A stretch of 64,000 nucleotides of DNA from Octopus sinensis (Eukaryota), in NCBI RefSeq assembly GCF_006345805.1, contig NC_043011.1, positions 9,858,001-9,922,000 on the forward strand. Direction: 5' to 3'. Shown in pieces: positions 43,060-56,985 of the stretch; position 1 is the first letter of the stretch, and every line of letters starts with the position of its first letter. A program made the translations under genes and the position numbers. The notes beneath the pieces were generated by a model. The model was not told the DNA's origin. It saw nothing but the letters and a program-made list of their open reading frames with translations, and did not search any database.

Positions 43060-43223
43060 TTGTGTGTTGGGTGTGAGTGTTTGTGTGTGTACTCGTCCTG
43101 TATACATATTTTATCAAAATTAAACGTTTGCTAGTTTAAGCACACAAAAAAATAAATCAAAATGTTAGTCTTTCTCAAGTGTTACAAGTCAAATATGGCC
43201 ATGTTTAAACTGATTAGTAGATC

Positions 43224-43258
<35 letters not shown>

Positions 43259-43260
43259 CC

Positions 43261-43332
<72 letters not shown>

Positions 43333-43954
43333 ATGTGTGTGTGAAATGATATACATTGATTTTGCAAGAAATAATACATGCGAAATGAGAGAGAAGACAA
43401 AAAACTAGAAAGGAAAAAAAGACAGCTGAAATGAAGTGGAGGTGGAGGATATTACAATAAGCAATTTATTTGGAATTCTTTAAGAAATTAATAAATAAAT
43501 ATGAGAGATCAAAGAGGAACTTGTCCCAGCTGACATTGGTTGCAACAAGAAATTTCCGTTAATATTTCATTAAACCCAACAGGAATAGAACAGTTATTAT
43601 GTATCTTGACTTACCTGAATTGTTTAAGGTGGTTTGGTAGGGGGGATGGTTTAGCTTTTCAAAAATGAAACTTAGAAAAAATTCAGTCTTATTGAAAGAG
43701 AAATCAAATTATATTGTTTTAGATCGTCTTTTATTAACTGAAGACAGTGCTTTTTTTCTTTCTTACTCTTGAAATCTCAATACTTACATACATATATATA
43801 TATACACACACACACACACATCCATATATACACATATGCACACCCACATGCACACACACACATGCACACATATGTTTGTGTGTGTTTTAATGCATATTAA
43901 CATTTTAATGCACTAAAATGTATGCAAGAACATCCACAGGAAAAACTGCACATG

Positions 43955-44230
43955 TCATCATCATCATCGTTTAATGTCCGTTTTCCATGCTAGCATGGGT
44001 TGGACGGTTCGACCGGGGTCTGGTAAGCTATGGAGGCTGCAACAAGCTCCAGTCTGATCTGGAAGTGTTTCTACAGCTGGATGCCCTTCCAAACGCCAAC
44101 CACTCCGTGAGTGTAGTGGGTGCTTTTTACGTGCCACCAGCTGAGGTGCCAGGGGAGGCTGGCAACGGCCACGATCAGTTGGTGCTTTTTATGTGCCACC
44201 GGCACAGGTATCACAACTACAATTTCCATT
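43955..44230 (-). repeat. RTE 3'-tail repeat copy
   Basis: Same family, with (CAT)n at the left end. Confidence 0.8.
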
Positions 44231-45619
44231 TGATATCTCCCCCCACCTCCACACACATATCTTCGCCATCATTTAATGTTTGCTTCCTATAATGGCATAG
44301 GTTTGCAAGAGAATTGTTTGAATTTCCTAAATGACCAAAATGTCTGGCACGTTGCTCAAGAAGACCCGTCCACCACAGCAGAACTGATATCCTAAGTCCA
44401 CCTTGGTAAATACTTATATGTGCAGAGCCCTGCTCCAACTCTGTCCCTCCCTGCCTCATCACACACCCCTCCCACATCTCATCTCCTAACACTCACCACT
44501 ACTCTATCGCTGTTACTATTTGGCTACTATAATCCCCTTAAAGCAGAAGTGGTACCTACAACATCCACCCTCCCCCTTGCTTACCTTCCTCCTCACACCT
44601 ACACCACCTCCATTTATCATTATTTTCCCTACCCTCTGTTCCCATCAATTAGCTCCTTCCTGTGCCCCCATCCACTGCTCCCTACACCATCTCATTCCAT
44701 TCCATTACTCTCTCTCTCTTCCTTCTGCTATACTCCATCCTTAACACAGATTTTATGTGTTATTACTCCCAGGACCTTCACATATCTACAAGTATCCACA
44801 CACACACACACACACACACACACCACAAGTCACCTATTTCTTTCATCATCTCTTCCTACAGTTACCTCTCCCCCATCTCCAACCATCTTTCCTCACATTT
44901 AATCTCCTCCCTGCTCTCTCATTCAGCCCTATACTTGTATAACTTCATCCATATTCTCTCCCCACCCTCTGCAGCTTGAGGGTAAACCCTCACACATCTC
45001 CACCACCATCTCCCCCTCTCCCCACCTCTAGCTTTCTCAACAGGGTTATCCTGGCATCTCTTTTACAGCAAGACTCTTAACTCTATCTCTCTATTATTCT
45101 TTTAACCTCTCATCAACTAGAATAAAGCCCCCCCCCCTCCAAACAGTACTCACCTCTTTCTAGTCAAAGAGACCTTTGTCTTGCAGAGTGTTTGGTGACC
45201 TCACCAGTTCTGGTGCCATGGTAAAAGCACCAAGTACACTCTGTAAAGTGGTTGGCATTACGAAAGGCATCCAGCCGTAGAAAAGCACACTAAAGCAGGC
45301 AAGAGAAACGTCTCTTATTAAACTGTCCAACCCTTGCCTGCTTGGGAAGCAGACATTAAATGATGATGATGATGATGATTATGATATATAAATATATGTG
45401 TGTGTTTGTGTGTCTGTATGTGTATGTGTGCATGTATATATGTCACACAAATTAATTTTATATAATGAACATAAATATATTAGTTATGTAGACAGATACA
45501 CACACACACACACACATTATGTGTGAGTATTGATTATCTTCCTAATTAGTTTGCATTAAGGTTTGTTATGGGACACTCTATACTGACTTATTACCTTACA
45601 TACACAAACATCTATTTAT

Positions 45620-45937
45620 AGCTCTGTCAGTCATGACGTCAAAGGTTCCAGTTGATCCAGTCAACGGAACAGCCTGCTCATGAAATTAATGTCCAAGTGG
45701 CTGAGTACTCCACAGACATGTGTACCCTTAATGTATGGGAAACTCAGCATGACACAGAATGTGACAATGATGACCCTTTTTTGGAATACACGTACAACTT
45801 GTTTTTGTCAGCTGAGTGGACTGGAGCAATGTGAAATAAAGTGTCTTGCTCAAGGAGAAAACGCACTGCCGGGAATTGAACTCACAACTTTATGATCATG
45901 AGCCGAATACCCTAACCACTAAGCCACATGCCTTCAC
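45620..45937 (-). mobile_element. tRNA-derived SINE, third family (second copy at about 60300-60490)
   Basis: Minus strand GTGGCTTAGTGGTTAGGG (A box), GAGTTCAATTCC (B box), CCTTGAGCAAGACACTT, CCACTCAGCTG. Confidence 0.75.
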
Positions 45938-45989
45938 ACACACACACACACACGTGTGAAGGTGTGTGGCTGGGTAGCAATTATCGACT

Positions 45990-46238
45990 GGCACATAAAA
46001 AGCAGCATCTGATTGTGGTTGATACCGCCAGCCCCCTCTGGCCCCTGTGACGGTGGCACGCAAAAAGCATTTGCTACACCCTAGGAGTGGTTGGCGTTAG
46101 GAAGGGCATCCAGCTGTAGAAACATTGCCAGATCAAATTGGAGCCTGGTGCAGTCCCCTGGCTTTCCAGACCCCAGTCGAACCGTCCAACCCATGCCAGC
46201 ATGGAATACGGACATTAAACAATGATGATGATGATGAT
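45990..46238 (+). repeat. RTE 3'-tail repeat copy
   Basis: Same family, (GAT)n at the right end. A more degraded plus-oriented copy lies at about 45185-45378. Confidence 0.8.
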
Positions 46239-46455
46239 GTTTATGTGCACTTGTGTATGTGTGCCTGGGCGACTTTGAGTATGTACACTCCCCACTCTGT
46301 GTATACACAATCACATATTGGGAGTGTGTTGTACAAACAAGAATGTATGTATTGTAACGTTTGTGTTTTTGTTGACCTTTTGGCAAATAAAACAGCATCA
46401 TCATTGTCATCATCATCGTTGTGATTATGCAAAGATTTTTATTTAATGCTAGCTT

Positions 46456-46491
<36 letters not shown>

Positions 46492-46566
46492 ACGTTTTAC
46501 AAGTATGATAATTAACATCGAGAATAATAATAATGATAATGATAATAATAGTAATATTAATAATAC

Positions 46567-46616
<50 letters not shown>

Positions 46617-47392
46617 AATAATAATAATGTTATTATTAATATAGAATTTATTCATGCTAAGCTAACATTATGAACCTGGAATTAAATCTCTGTGAAGAGA
46701 AAACAAGAAGAACTCTCAGAGAATTTCTCATGTTGGAATCTAAGAAGATCTTTTTTTTTTATTTGTGCAAGAATTTTGTTAAATCAAGAATGTATATGAA
46801 GCGTTGGTTGGAATAACTACTTCTGTAAAAATTTGATTGAAAAAGATTCCAAGGTAAAAGCAGAAAATGGTAAAATAAAAAATGGGATGAAGGAGATGGT
46901 GGGGATGTGTAGTGCTACAGAAATAACATTGAAGTGGAATTGGTAAGAAAAGATCAGACAAGAGACAATTGCAAGAATTTCATCCTCAAACTCTCCGAAC
47001 GACATGGTTTCGAGAAATAAAACTAAATTCCAATAAAAACAAGAGAAAACTGACATATAATGGTTGATGAAAGATGATAATGACGGAGATGAAAAAGATA
47101 ATTATATAAACTTTTCTACAGATGGTTAGCGGAATTGGAATTGTTTCAAGATCATCAATGTCAAAGACAATATATTCTCTGCAGGGAATAATTGAAGGAA
47201 AATGGAAGAATCAAATATTTGAAAGTAAAATGGGTCAGTATATGTGTATGTGCATGTATATATGTGTGTGTGTGTGTGTTTTCATTTATGCAAAACAGAA
47301 AGAAAGATGAAAAAATACAGATATATGCTATTAAATTTTCAATAAAAAAGCATTGCTTAATTGCTACTATACTTAGAGATGTGTGCATGCAT

Positions 47393-47462
<70 letters not shown>

Positions 47463-47662
47463 TACATATGTATATATATGTATATATATGTGTATATATG
47501 TGTATATATATGTATATGTATATATATACATATATACATATACATATATACATATACATATATACATATATATGTACATATATATACATATATAAATATA
47601 TATATATATATATATACATATATACATATATATATATATACATATATGCATATATATATATA

Positions 47663-48045
47663 CTAGCAGTATCGCCCGGCGATGCTCAGGTTTGTAAGGG
47701 AAATAACTATAAAGCATTTTTAGAGAGTTACAGCCAAAAAATAGCAAAAAAATGGAAAAAAAATGATGGTAAATTTTTTTGAGAGTTAAAAAAGGTGGAG
47801 TTGCGTCCCCTAGACGGTCTGTGGTTTGGGTTTCTGATTCTCGACCCCATGTCGAATTTATCGATTTTTTTCAGAACTGGGGGAACTTTTCAAAATTTTC
47901 GCTGCGTTAGTTTTGAATTATGACATTGGGCTATGGGTGTGTCAAGTTTCATCAGAATCGGTTGAAAGCCGTGGTCAGAGTGAGGGTACGAGAAAACAGA
48001 CACACAGAAAACGCACAGACAAACTGCCGTTTATATATAGAGAGA
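47663..48045 (-). mobile_element. Non-autonomous Helitron (383 bp)
   Basis: Minus strand starts A|TCTCTCTATATATAAA and ends CCTGAGCATCGCCGGG (imperfect GC hairpin) CGATACTG CTAG|T. This gives 5' TC, 3' CTAG, a subterminal hairpin and insertion between A and T with no TSD. Confidence 0.85.
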
Positions 48046-48683
48046 TATATACATATATACATACAAATATACATATATATATATATACATATATATACAT
48101 ATACATATATACATATACACATATATACATATACATATATACATATATATATACATATATACATATATATATACATATATACATGTATATATACATATAT
48201 ACATATACATATATACATATAAGTAATATTATTATATATATACATATATATTACATATATATATACATATTATACATATTACACATATATATACATATAT
48301 ATTCTATACAATATATTATATATAATGTATATATAGACATATATATATACATATATGTATATATATACATATATATATACATATATGTATATATATACAT
48401 TATATATATATATTGTATCTATTACATATATATATACATATATATCCATATATATATATACATATATAGATATATACATATATATATGCATACATATATA
48501 TATATATATGTATATATATACATATATATATATACATATATATATACATACATATATACATACGTATATATATACATATATATATACATATATATATACA
48601 TACATATATACATACATATATATATATATATACATATATACATACATATATATATATACATATATATATACATATACATATAC

Positions 48684-51117
48684 ATTTTGGACCTAGTGTT
48701 TAGTAACCACACTAACACTATACATAACGTTACAGTGGAAAAAACCCTTCTTTCAGACCATGACATGGTTCTCTGTAACATGAAATTCCACCAGCCGAAA
48801 GCTAATCCTAGTGACCTTCCTCCAGCCCACCCATTTGACAACATGGATCTCCATAAAGCCAACTGGGATGCAATCAGGAACGAGCTATCAAATGTTGACT
48901 GGTCCTTTACACATACACATCTCCACCAACCATAAAACATCTTGGCAGATCTTTGTAGACCGTCACAGACATATGTGCAAAACACTCCCCACCAAGACCT
49001 GTGAACAAAAAGTGCAGAATCCCCCAAAACAGAAAAACCATTATCAGAAAAATAAAAAGAACAAACAAAAAATTAACAAACTAAAGTACTGCCAACAGCA
49101 ACACACACATTCGACGGCTATCGCACTGCTTGAATCCAAAAAATATAACCTCCAACAATGCATGAAGACCCTCATCAATAACCAAAGATCAGCTGAGGAG
49201 AAGTGGGCCATTGAAAAAATCAAACTCAACCCCAAAGTGTTCTTTTCATTTGCGAGGAAACGCAGGGTCACTGTCTCCACTGTAGGCCCTCTAATTGACG
49301 AAACTGGCACTCTCCAAGATAATGCCAAATCCATGGCCGAGATACTGCAGAAACAATACTGCTCTGTTTTCAGCAATCCTGATATGGCCGATCTGGGCTG
49401 TATCAGTGATGTCAACCCCCAACACACTATATCGGACATAACGTTTAGTGCCCCTGATGTCTTAGCGGCGATAAACGAAATAAAACACAATTCAGCAGTA
49501 GGCCCCGATAGATTCCCTGCTTGTGTCCTGAAGGTGTGTCGACACCAACTTGCATCTCCCCTTGCTAATCTGTGGAGAAACTCACTGGATGCTGGCTATA
49601 TTCCAAAAAACCTTCTGTCCCAGTCTGTTGTCCCAGTTTTCAAAAAGGGAAACAAGTCCCTTGCAGTGAATTACCGCCCGATCTCACTCACCTCTCATGT
49701 CATCAAGGTATTTGAGAGGGTGGTGAGATCTCGAATAATCCAATTTCTGGAAAGCAACAGACGGCTGATCTCCAACCAACATGGGTTCCGTAATGGAAGG
49801 GACTGCCTAACGCAGCTCCTGCATCACTTTGAGGACATTTTGAGAGCTTTGGGAGAGGGCTCCAACACCGATGTCATCTACCTTGATTTCAGTAAGGCCT
49901 TCGACAGGGTCGATCACAAGATCCTATTGAAAAAACTATCCAACATTGGTGTCTCTGGAAAGTTACTGAAATGGATTAAGTGTTTCCTGACAGACAGATC
50001 TCAACATGTTGTAGTTGAAGGGGTAAAATCAAGCCCAGCCAAAGTCAGTAGTGGCGTTCCGCAAGGCACTGTGCTGGGCCCACTTCTTTTCATCATTTAC
50101 ATTAATGACATTAATGACATCATCAAGCACAGCAACATAAAAATCTTTGCAGATGACTCCAAGCTACAGAAGGTCATAAATGAGGCGAGTGACCGGACAT
50201 GCCTTCAGTCAGATCTACTGGCTGTTATCCAATGGGCAGAAAAAAACAATATGCTGCTGAACGAGGATAAATTTGAGCTAATCCACTTTGGAAAAGAGGA
50301 TGCCCTGAAACTCCCATACTCCCTTCCTTCAGGTGAAACTCTCGCGGCGTCCAACAACATCAGAGACTTGGGAGTAATTGTGGACAACAACGTAAGCTGG
50401 GCCACTCATATAAACACCAAAGTTGACATGGCCCGCAGAATGTGTTCCTGGATTCTCAGAACTTTCCAGTCGAGAGATATCCACACCATTATCCTTCTCT
50501 TCTCCACTTTTGCCCGACCCCACCTTGAATACTGTTGTCCACTGTGGTCTCCCCACACAATACAAGGTATCATAAAAGTTGAAGCACCTCAAAGGGCAAT
50601 CACAGAAAAGATAGATGGCATGACAGGCCTCGACTATTGGGGTCGGCTAGAAAAGCTAAAACTCTATCTCTCAACGTCGTCGTGAGCGCTACATCATCTG
50701 CATGATGTGGAAAATATTCCATCAGCATTGCCCAAATGATGTTGGCATCACCTTAAGGTACATCCAAGGCTTGGGCCCCGTGACATCCACCCAAAACAAA
50801 AATCGCACTCTCATCTCATAACAACAATACGGCACAATTATTTCACCTCAATTGGCCCCGCTCTCTTTAACATTACACCAAAACACATTAAAACAGAAAC
50901 TGACCCTATAGGGTTCAAGAAGTCTTTGGACAGATTCCTTCAAGAAATCCCGGATAAACCCCCTACACCTGGATATGTCTCTGTAAACAATAACTCTCTA
51001 CTTGAGTGGGCCATAGTGCCTAAATTCTGACTTGAAAGACTTCACCAGGTGGTGCTATTAAGTTAGACATGGCCTGGGCCAATAATGGCCGAAACCTATC
51101 AAAGTATCAAAGTAAGT
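48684..51117 (+). mobile_element. 5'-truncated CR1-clade LINE: end of APE endonuclease, reverse transcriptase, short 3' UTR
   Basis: APE end ILDLVFSN...LSDHDMV. RT motifs NYRPISLTS, QHGFR, YLDFSKAFDRVDH, GVPQGTVLGPLLFIIYIND, FADD, RDLGV, RPHLEYCCPLWSP. C-terminus continues after frameshifts to TGA at 51028-51030. Tail TATCAAAGTATCAAAGTAAG. Both ends lie in TA/TACA microsatellite. Confidence 0.95.
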
Positions 51118-51238
51118 ACATATATATATATATATATACATATATACATACATATATATATATAATATATACATACATATATATATACATATATATTTAC
51201 ATATATATATATACATATATATATCATATATATATATA

Positions 51239-51270
<32 letters not shown>

Positions 51271-51625
51271 CATATATATATATATATATATATACATATA
51301 TATATACATTATATATATATAATATATATATATATACATATATATACATACATATATATATACAATACATATATATACATATATATATACATATATATAT
51401 ACATATATATATACATATACACATATATATATATACATTATATATATATATATATATATACATATATATATACATATATATATATACATATATTTAGAAC
51501 TATATATATACATATATATATACATATACATATATATACATATATATATACATATATATATACATATACATATATATATACATATATATATACATATATA
51601 TATACATATACATATATATATATAC

Positions 51626-51656
<31 letters not shown>

Positions 51657-51763
51657 CATATATATTATATATATATATATATATATAATATATATATATA
51701 CATATATATATATACATAATATACATATATATATATACATATATATATATACATATATATATA

Positions 51764-51839
<76 letters not shown>

Positions 51840-52052
51840 TACACATATATATACATACACATATATATATATATACATACACATATATATATACATATAT
51901 ATATATATACATACACATATATATATACATATATTTATATATATACATACACATATATATATATACCTATACATATATACATTATACATATATTATATAT
52001 ATATATATATATATATAACATATATAATACTATACATATATACATATATTTA

Positions 52053-52122
<70 letters not shown>

Positions 52123-52238
52123 GTATACATATATATATACATATATATATATATATACATATATAGATACATATACATATATATATGTATATATGTATAC
52201 ATATATATATAGATATATATATACATACATATATACAT

Positions 52239-52271
<33 letters not shown>

Positions 52272-53334
52272 TATGTATATACATATATACATATATACAC
52301 ACACACAGATAGCTAGTTATACATATATATGTTATCATCATCATCTGTATACTATATGTATACACACACACACACTGTACTATAGTGTGGCTGTGTAGCC
52401 CAAGTTAGCCCTTAATATGTGTGTGTGTGTGTGTGTTTGAGTGTGCAATGTTACAATCTGCTGTTTATGCAAACTGTGAGAGTGTTGATCAACTTGCCCA
52501 ACACATAGCTGGTGCCATTCAAGAAACTGTTGGCAATTCCCAACTTCAAGTCTGCAGATATCCCATAGCTGTGCCTGATTGAAGACTAGATCACGAAATT
52601 CTATTTACTGTGGAGAGAGAGATCAAAACTATTGATCTTCCATAGATTTTTGACTTCAGAATCTCCAGAGAAGAGAATATAGTAAATGGCATCCATTCCT
52701 TAGAGAATCCTCAAATCAACCCTACAAACTAACAAATCATAAGGGTTAAACAGTTCTCCCACTGCCTGCAGATTGATAGAGGCACATGGTAAATTTATTT
52801 GGTGGCAAGAGGGGCTCAGTCTGTTGTGCAGCCCAGAAACACAACAAGTTGTTGTAGCAGTGATGGGAAGTGAAACAGACACCAGTGGAATACATGAGGA
52901 GTTTTGTAACTCTTACCTTTCATCCCTGATGGAGAAAGCACAAAAGTTGTGGAGAGTAAGATCAGAGCAGAAAATGACTGGGTGAAGGAGAGAAAGGAGA
53001 GAGACAGGAAACAACAGAGCAGGAGAGGGAGAGAGAGAGAAGATGAGAATAAGAGTGAGTGAAAGAGAGAGAAAGGATGTTTATGTGGTTTTATGTAAGA
53101 AGGTGAATTAGTGCGGCCAGAGGCATCGATACTTTCAAAGGAATCAACATATTGAAGTGAAAGACAGAGCAAAGTTGAAGCAAACGGATTAGAAGGAAGA
53201 AGACAGAAAGGCACAAAGCTAGATTCTGTAATATTTTCAGTCATCAATCTTTAATCGCAGTCATCTTTAGTATCTCAACAATCTGAAATAATAATAACAA
53301 CAATAACAACATGTAGAAAGGGTTGTCAACTTAC

Positions 53335-53456
53335 GTTTAATAAGGCATGAAGTTTTGTGTCTTGGAGCACAGATTCCAGGAAATCTTTATCTGCTTCCGC
53401 ACAATCTGTCAAACACTGGATTTCTTCAAGACTGTCCAACACCTGAGACACAGCCG
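53335..53456 (-). CDS. CASK: Internal coding exon of CASK/LIN-2 (MAGUK scaffold), first L27 domain
   Basis: Translation (x)[40 protein letters not shown] closely matches vertebrate CASK L27N as I recall it ([40 protein letters not shown]). Acceptor ttgtttgttgtttgcag| and donor AAC|gtaagt are canonical. 122 nt, phase 1 to phase 0. Confidence 0.93.
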
Positions 53457-53526
53457 CTGCAAACAACAAACAACAAAAACACATTTTCAATGAGAAGCAT
53501 AGCCACATACATACTATATATATATA

Positions 53527-53960
53527 TCATCATCATCGTTTAACGTCTGCTTTCCATGCTAGCATGGGTTGGACAATTTGACTGAGGGTTGGCAAGCCAG
53601 AAGGCTGCACCAGGCTCCAATCTGATCTGGCACAGTTTCTACAGCTGGATGCCTTAATGCCAACCACTCCGAGAGTGTAGTTGGTGCTTTTTACGTGCCA
53701 CCGGCACAGGGGCCAGTCAGGTGGTACTGGCAATGACTTTGCTCGAATCTTTTTACACATGCCACCAGCACAGGTGACATTGGTAACAATCACGCTTGAA
53801 TGGTGCCCTGTTACGTGTCACTGGCATGGAAGCCAGTTGGCTGCTCTGGCAACGATCATGCTTGATGGTGCTCTTGGCACCCTACTAGCACGGGCACAAG
53901 TGCCAGTAAGGCGATGCTGGTAACGATGACACTTGAAAGGTGCCCTTTTATGTGCCACAG
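53527..53960 (-). repeat. RTE 3'-tail repeat copy about 70 bp from the CASK exon acceptor
   Basis: Same family, with several internal GTGCCA..GGCAC units. Confidence 0.8.
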
Positions 53961-53994
53961 TATACATTACACACACACACATCATGTGCTACTT

Positions 53995-54330
53995 ACAAGA
54001 TGCGTATGGATGAGGTCAGCTTCATAAAGAAGTGTCAAGCTCTAATTGTGGAGGGTATCTGTACATAGACCCAGGAGGAAGACATGGAATGAAGTGGTGA
54101 GAAAGGATCTTCGGATGCTGGGCCTCACTGAGAAAATGATAAGGGACCAGAAGATGTGGAAATTCGCTATACTTGATAAGAGGCATCAAGCTTGGTGAAA
54201 TCACTGTCTTCTACAGATATATAGGCTTGTTTCAGTTGCTGGTGCCACTTAAAAAGCATCCATGACCATGTGGCATTAACACACCCATGCTGGGGCTGTG
54301 TAAATACCCGCAAGCCAGTGGCACGTAAAA
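53995..54330 (+). mobile_element. RTE LINE 3' fragment
   Basis: RKTWNEVVRKDLRMLGLTEKMIRDQKMW, followed by GGCACGTAAAA units. Confidence 0.65.
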
Positions 54331-55253
54331 AGTTGCGGTGGGAGGCAAGGGTGTGAGGGATGATTGGTGTCTATTTTAACCTTTTATTATCAGCATCACA
54401 CAGACTGGAACAGTTTAACGATAGAACAATGGAATGAACTGAAATTTGGTTTTGTACAATGAAATATTTATAACATAACAATTACTTCTATTTTCACTCA
54501 ACAGAAGCAAGAAGCTGGCAGCATCATCTGCCCATGGGACACAGTGCAAAATGGCATTTCTTGTAGCTTTACGTTCTGGGTTCAAATTCCACCAAGTTAG
54601 ACTTTACCTTTGAACCTTTCAGAGTCAATAAAATAAATACCAGTTGAATACTAGGGTCAATGTAATCAACTAGCCCCTCCCATCACAAGATTTCAGGAAT
54701 TCTGTTTATGGCAGAAAGAATATTTAAAATCAGTAAAAAAAAAGCCAAATCTCCCTCCAATGATATCTTCCTGTCTTAAAGAAGAAGAAACATAAATACA
54801 TTTGATAATATTGTCTTTGATACACTGTTTAAAACAAGAGGGTCATGGCTGGACGACTTGTGTTTGATCAAAATGAATCTCAGTCTAAAGAAGAAGTAGT
54901 AATAATATTTTGATAATCTTTATTTATTTCTGCTGCAACGGTTTCTGGTTGAGATGGATCTAAACTGGTCGTACAGGATTCCAATAGGACAATCCTCTTC
55001 TTCATAGCTTCTTGGTTTGTTTTATTCAGATAAAATGGCAGAAACACAACAATGGAGTCATTGAATGATGATGATAGTACTGATGATGATGATGCTGGTG
55101 GCGGTGGTGTTGAGGAAAATAGAATAATTATCCTGTAAAGAATATTGATTGCAACAACAACAACAGTGAACTGTATCAATAAGCAAGTCAATACCTCACA
55201 GCTAAATTTAACTGAATCTATCATTATGCATATATGTATGTGTGTGTACACAC

Positions 55254-55298
<45 letters not shown>

Positions 55299-56174
55299 CA
55301 CATACACACAAAACTCACACATATATACATTCACATACATGTCTTCAGAATCAAGAAATATTTCAGACAACAGCATCGTCAGAATCTTGCTAATTGATTA
55401 AATGATAGGTTCAAATTGCATTTGGGTCAACTTTACTTTTTACCCTTCCAAGGGTCATTAAAGAATTACTATCAATGGAATTAACCAAACCTCTGCAGGT
55501 GGGACGCCAGCATCACCACGGTCTAATGGCTGAAACTTGTAACAGATTAAACTTCTAAAACAGATGCAAATATCCTCAAACAACATCAGTAATGTATTCA
55601 TAAGAAAGTTTTCAACAAGGTAAACCCTGTTCTGATGTGACCTAATTGGGCCCAAACATGGCTGTCTGTGCCCCAAAATAGTGTCTGACAATAGTTAATG
55701 ACCCTCTACAAACTCTGAGACAATTCTCCCACGTCTATCATAGAATATCTTCCCATCCTAAGTCTCATTTGACTGAGTGGTTATAAAGTCCCTTCTGAAA
55801 CATTTCAGACTCTGGCCCCTAAACACACAACTGTTTCATTCCTTAACCTTTGCTTTTACTATATCAAGTAGCTTCTGCTCCTTGGATCAAGGCCCCTCAA
55901 TACATACATACCCAATCATTCCTCTATAAAACAACATCTTGTGGGAATTCCCACTTCCCAGCCATATTTTATAGTCATTCAAAATAAACATCAACCCCAG
56001 TGATTTCACTATGAAGGCCAAGAGCAATGTCCCTTCCTTAAAACAAAACTATTAAAGAGAAAGAAAGGAACCGGAGCCCAGAATATTTAGGGATGTAATG
56101 AATACCACAGAGTATGTAATGGCACACACACTGTCCAGTCAGCTCCTCCAATATCAGCTGACAACGATAATAAT

Positions 56175-56759
56175 TCTTTCTGATTTTAGCAATTTGAGAG
56201 GAAAGGGATCAGTCGATTATATGAACCCTACCCCAAAACTGTTACTTGGTATTTATCAAGCCCTGAAAGGATGAAAGGCGAAGTTGATCTTGCTGGGATT
56301 TCAATTCAAAATGTAAAGAGCCGTAAGAAATACTGTTAAGCATTGTGTCAATGTGTTAACTATCATCACAATAACAACAACAGCAACACCAACAACAATA
56401 ATCCTTTCTGCTGGATGCACCAGGCTTCAGATTTGTGGAGTGGGGACCAGCTGATTATACTGACTCCAGTGTATCACTGGTACTTAATTTATTGACCCTG
56501 AAAAGATGAAAGGTAAAGTTGACCGTGGCGGAATTCGGACTCAGAATGTAGTGACGGGTGAAATACTGCTAAGCATTTCGTCCAGTGTGCTAACAATTCT
56601 GCCAGCTCCCCACCCTTCATAATAATAATAATAATAGTAATAATAATAATAATAGTAATAATAATAATAATAGTAATAATAATAATAATAGTAATAATAA
56701 TAATAATAGTAATAATAATAATAATAGTAATAATAATAATAATAGTAATAATAATAATA

Positions 56760-56794
<35 letters not shown>

Positions 56795-56985
56795 TTTGGC
56801 ACAAGGCCAGCAATTTTGAGGGTTGGGGTAAGTCAATGTAATCAACACCAGTGCTCAACTGGTACTTTATCAATCCTAAACGGATGAAAGGTAAAGTCAA
56901 TCATGGTGGAATTTGAACTCTTAACCTAAAGACAGACAAAATGCAGCCAAGTGTTTTGCCCGGCGTACAAACAGTTCTGCCTTAC
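56175..56985 (-). mobile_element. Three Meta-SINE-like copies separated by AAC/AAT microsatellites
   Basis: Three recurrences of AA.GATGAAAGG..AAGT, each with a B-box-like motif. Confidence 0.7.
56620..56793. repeat. Higher-order microsatellite, (AAT)5AGT 18-bp period
   Basis: A regular AGT interruption every sixth triplet. Confidence 0.9.

Larger units (their letters stand above)
47385..52325. repeat. Large compound TA/TACA/TATG microsatellite field interrupted by a Helitron and a CR1 LINE
   Basis: Simple sequence at about 47385-47662, 48046-48683 and 51118-52325. Confidence 0.95.

Noticed and set aside
43615-43654. Strong minus-strand donor CAG|gtaagt with a possible 40-nt microexon
   Set aside because: Weak acceptor, length not a multiple of 3, and no resemblance to CASK.
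45860-45937. tRNA-like sequence with A and B boxes
   Set aside because: It continues into a SINE body and has a second dispersed copy, so it is a SINE head and not a tRNA gene.
47913-48683. 340-aa ORF rich in Y/I/H/T fused to an endonuclease end
   Set aside because: Stop-free translation of a TA/TACA microsatellite. Only the part from 48684 is real LINE sequence.
51058-52371. Several long Y/I/M/C ORFs
   Set aside because: Microsatellite translation artefacts, like most ORFs in the supplied track.
54880-55311. 143-aa minus-strand ORF upstream of the CASK exon
   Set aside because: Low-complexity, no match to the CASK CaMK C-terminus, and no convincing donor.
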